A stretch of 64,000 bases of DNA, taken from Prorocentrum cordatum (taxonomy: Eukaryota). The translations under genes were made by a program, and so were the position numbers. Below the pieces are notes generated by a model, which had not been told where the DNA came from, ran no database searches, and saw nothing but the letters and a program-made list of their open reading frames with translations. The DNA lies in the NCBI GenBank assembly GCA_963575745.1, contig CAUYUJ010000325.1, positions 186,001 through 250,000 on the forward strand, read 5' to 3'. Positions 61,290-64,000 of this stretch are shown in pieces (the first letter of the stretch is position 1; each line of letters begins with the position of its first letter).

Positions 61290-62830
61290 CACGTTTCGTA
61301 GCCCCATAGGGAGCTCCACCTAAGGGCCCAGTGGCGCAGTTCGCATGCGTCTCCCCCACCCAGGACAGTGTTTCGTGGCCCCATAGGGAGCTCCACCGAG
61401 GGTCCCAGTGGCGCAGTTCGCATGCGTCTCCCCCACCCAGGACAGCTTTTCGTGGCCCCATAGGAAGCTCCACCGAAGTCCCAGTGGCGCAGTTCGCATG
61501 CGTCTCCCCCACCAAGGACAGCGTGTCGTGGCCCCATAGGGAGCTCCACCGAAGGCCCCAGTGGCGCAGTTCGCATGCGTCTCCCCCATCCAGGACGACA
61601 ACGTTTCGTGGCCTCATAGGAAGCTCAACCGAAGTCCCAGTGGCGCAGTTCGCATGCGTCTCCCCAGCCCAGGACAGCGTTTCGTGGTCCCATAGGGAAC
61701 CCCACCGAGGGTCCCAGTGGCGCAGTTATCATGCGTCTCCCCCACCCAAGACAGCGTTTCGTGGCCCCATAGGGAGCTCCACCGAGGGTCCCAGTGGCGC
61801 AGTTCGCATGCGTCTCCCCCACCCAGGACAGCGTTTCGTGGCCCCATAGGGAGCCCCACCGAAGGCCACATTGGTGCAGTTCGCATGCGTCTCCCCCAAC
61901 CAGGACAGCGTTTCGTGGCCCCATAGGGAGCTCCACCGAGGGTCCCAATGCCGCAGTTCGCATGCGTCTCCCCCACCCAGGACAGCGTTTCGTGGCCCCA
62001 TAGAGAGCTCCACCGAGGGTCCCAGTGGCGCAGTTATCATGCGTCCCCCCCACCCAGGACAGCGTTTCGTGGCCCCATAGGGAGCCCCACCGAGGGCCCC
62101 AGTGGCGCAGTTCGCATCCGCGTCTCCCCCACCCAGGACAGCGTTTCGTGGCCCCATAGGGAGCTCCACCGAGGTCCCAGTGGCGCAGTTCGCATGCGTC
62201 CCCCCACCCAGGACAGCGTTTCGTGGCCCCATAGGGAGCTCCACCGAGGGTCCCAGTGGCGCAGTTCGCATGCGTCTCCCCCACCCAGGACAACGCTTCG
62301 TGGCCCCATAGGGAGCTCCACCTAAGGGCCCAGTGGCGCAGTTCGCATGCGTCTCCCCCACCCAGGACAACGTTCCGTGGCCCCATAGGGAGCTCCACCG
62401 AGGGTCCCAGTGGCGCAGTTCGCATGCGTCTCCCCCACCCAGGAAGGCCCCAGTGGCGCAGTTCGCATGCGTCTCCCCCACCCAGGCCAACCTTTCGTAG
62501 CCCCATAAGGAGCTCCACCGAAGTCCCAGTGGCGCAGTTCGCATGCGTCTCCCCAATCCAGGACAGCGCTTCGTGGCCCCATATGGAGCTCCACCGAAGG
62601 CCACAACTGCACTCGCATGCGTCTCCCCCATCCAGGACAGCGTTTCGTTGCCCCACAGGGAGCTCAACCGAAAGCCCCAGTGCCGCAGTTCGCATGCGTC
62701 TCCACCCACCCAGGACAGCGTTTCGTGGCCCCATAGGGAGCTCCACCGAAGGCATCAGTTGCTGCAGTCACATGCGTCTCCCCTACCCAGGACAGCCTTT
62801 CGCGGCCCACAGGGATCTCCACCGATTGCG
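61290..62830 (+). repeat. 77-bp tandem satellite (~20 copies)
   Basis: GCAGTTCGCATGCGTCTCCCCCACCCAGGACAGCGTTTCGTGGCCCCATAGGGAGCTCCACCGAGGGTCCCAGTGGC; ORF starts recur with period 77 (61717, 61794, 61871, 61948). Confidence 0.96.
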
Positions 62831-62993
62831 ATACTCACAACGACGGTACTCACAACTGCATATGGTTGGGTCTTTCGCCAGGCTAATTTTCGCATCCGAA
62901 TGCGCTTTCTCACCGAGCCAGCGCACCCTGCAGGCCCCGCACTGCGTTGCCAGCATCCTTGCCTACGTGCTCCAAATTCGCCTTCAGCCGCCT

Positions 62994-63040
62994 CGAATCG
63001 AATCGAATCGAATCGAATCGAATCGAATCGAATCGAATCG

Positions 63041-63093
<53 letters not shown>

Positions 63094-63098
63094 CCACC

Positions 63099-63180
<82 letters not shown>

Positions 63181-63220
63181 GCCACATCATCATCATCAAC
63201 ATCACTATCATCACCACCTC
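62994..63220 (+). repeat. (GAATC)n followed by (CAT/CAC)n microsatellite
   Basis: Direct inspection. Confidence 0.95.
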
Positions 63221-64000
63221 CCTCGCTCGCTCGCTCGCTCCTCCTCCCCCGTCCCTCCCTCCTGCTCCTCTTCCTCCTCCTGCTTCCGGGCCGGGCCACT
63301 TGCAGCCGTCTGTGGGCCGGCTTGGAGCCTCTGATACGCATGATGGGTCCGTTTGGGAGCCGTCTTGGGGGCCTCCTGGTCTTGTTCGGAGGTCTCTGTG
63401 GGCAATTTCGGGACTAGTGTGATGGCCTCTCGGGCCGTCTTGGGCCCTCTTGGGGCAATATCGAGCCGTCTTTGGCCCACCTCAGACTTTTTTGAAGGCC
63501 CTCTTGGATCTGTGGACCCGTCTTGCGCCCCCCCCAGGGGCCGCCTTCTCTTGGGCCCCTCTGGGAGGCCCCTCTTGAGCCGTCTTCAGCCCATGCTGGG
63601 CCTCTTACCTACCAATGATTCTTGAGTCCTGGCGGGTGCTTGAAGGCGACGGGTATTTTATGTAACCAAATTGGGCCTTCTGTGTTACCCGTTTCCCGCT
63701 GGATATTTTTTGTCACGATGGATTTCGTGCGTCCGACTGTTATGTAAAACGGCCCGTGTGTTGTTTCAGGAAATGAAATTATGATCTTCTTGGGGACCAT
63801 GTGGATTTCTGGATATCTCCTAAAATCCTCGTCGGACCCTTCCGTGTCCACCAACATAAATAGATACACCATCGCGTGTGAACCGTCTCTGCGTAGAACC
63901 AAAAGACGGACAACAACAGCGCATATAAAATGAAGCAATGCAAAGCATTGCCGGCTGTCATGCTAGCGACACCGACATGATCATGAGTGCAGCTGATGCT

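Noticed and set aside
61290..62830. CRISPR-like periodic array
   Set aside because: The whole 77-bp unit is repeated with no unique spacers, no cas genes are present and the context is eukaryotic; it is a satellite.
63609..63938. 109-aa lower-GC ORF at the window end
   Set aside because: No recognisable motif; it cannot be supported without a homology search.

Overview
GC-rich, repeat-dense eukaryotic DNA, almost certainly from a dinoflagellate nucleus: there are three relict copies of the dinoflagellate spliced leader DCCGTAGCCATTTTGGCTCAAG, a peridinin-type plastid leader and dinoflagellate-style PPR repeats. I found no intact host gene. The window is a nest of mostly decayed mobile elements. 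(1) A Ty1/copia-like element (~3.95-8.9 kb, -) with gag, protease, a cytosine-methyltransferase-like domain and integrase. (2) A Helitron/Helentron-like HUH-Rep plus Pif1 helicase pseudogene (~16.7-21.0 kb, -). (3) Two inverted copies of a small non-coding element with subterminal inverted repeats, hairpins at both ends and an AAGCT-type satellite core (21590-22347 and 60455-61036). (4) A second, internally deleted copia with two LTR-like repeats and a transmembrane C-terminal extension (~33.9-38.1 kb). (5) Three non-LTR retrotransposons, one nearly complete and starting exactly at a spliced-leader relict (55076-60454). Many micro-, mini- and satellite arrays fill the rest. All domain calls come from motif recognition by eye, not from database searches, and most of the supplied ORFs are spurious products of GC-rich or repetitive DNA.
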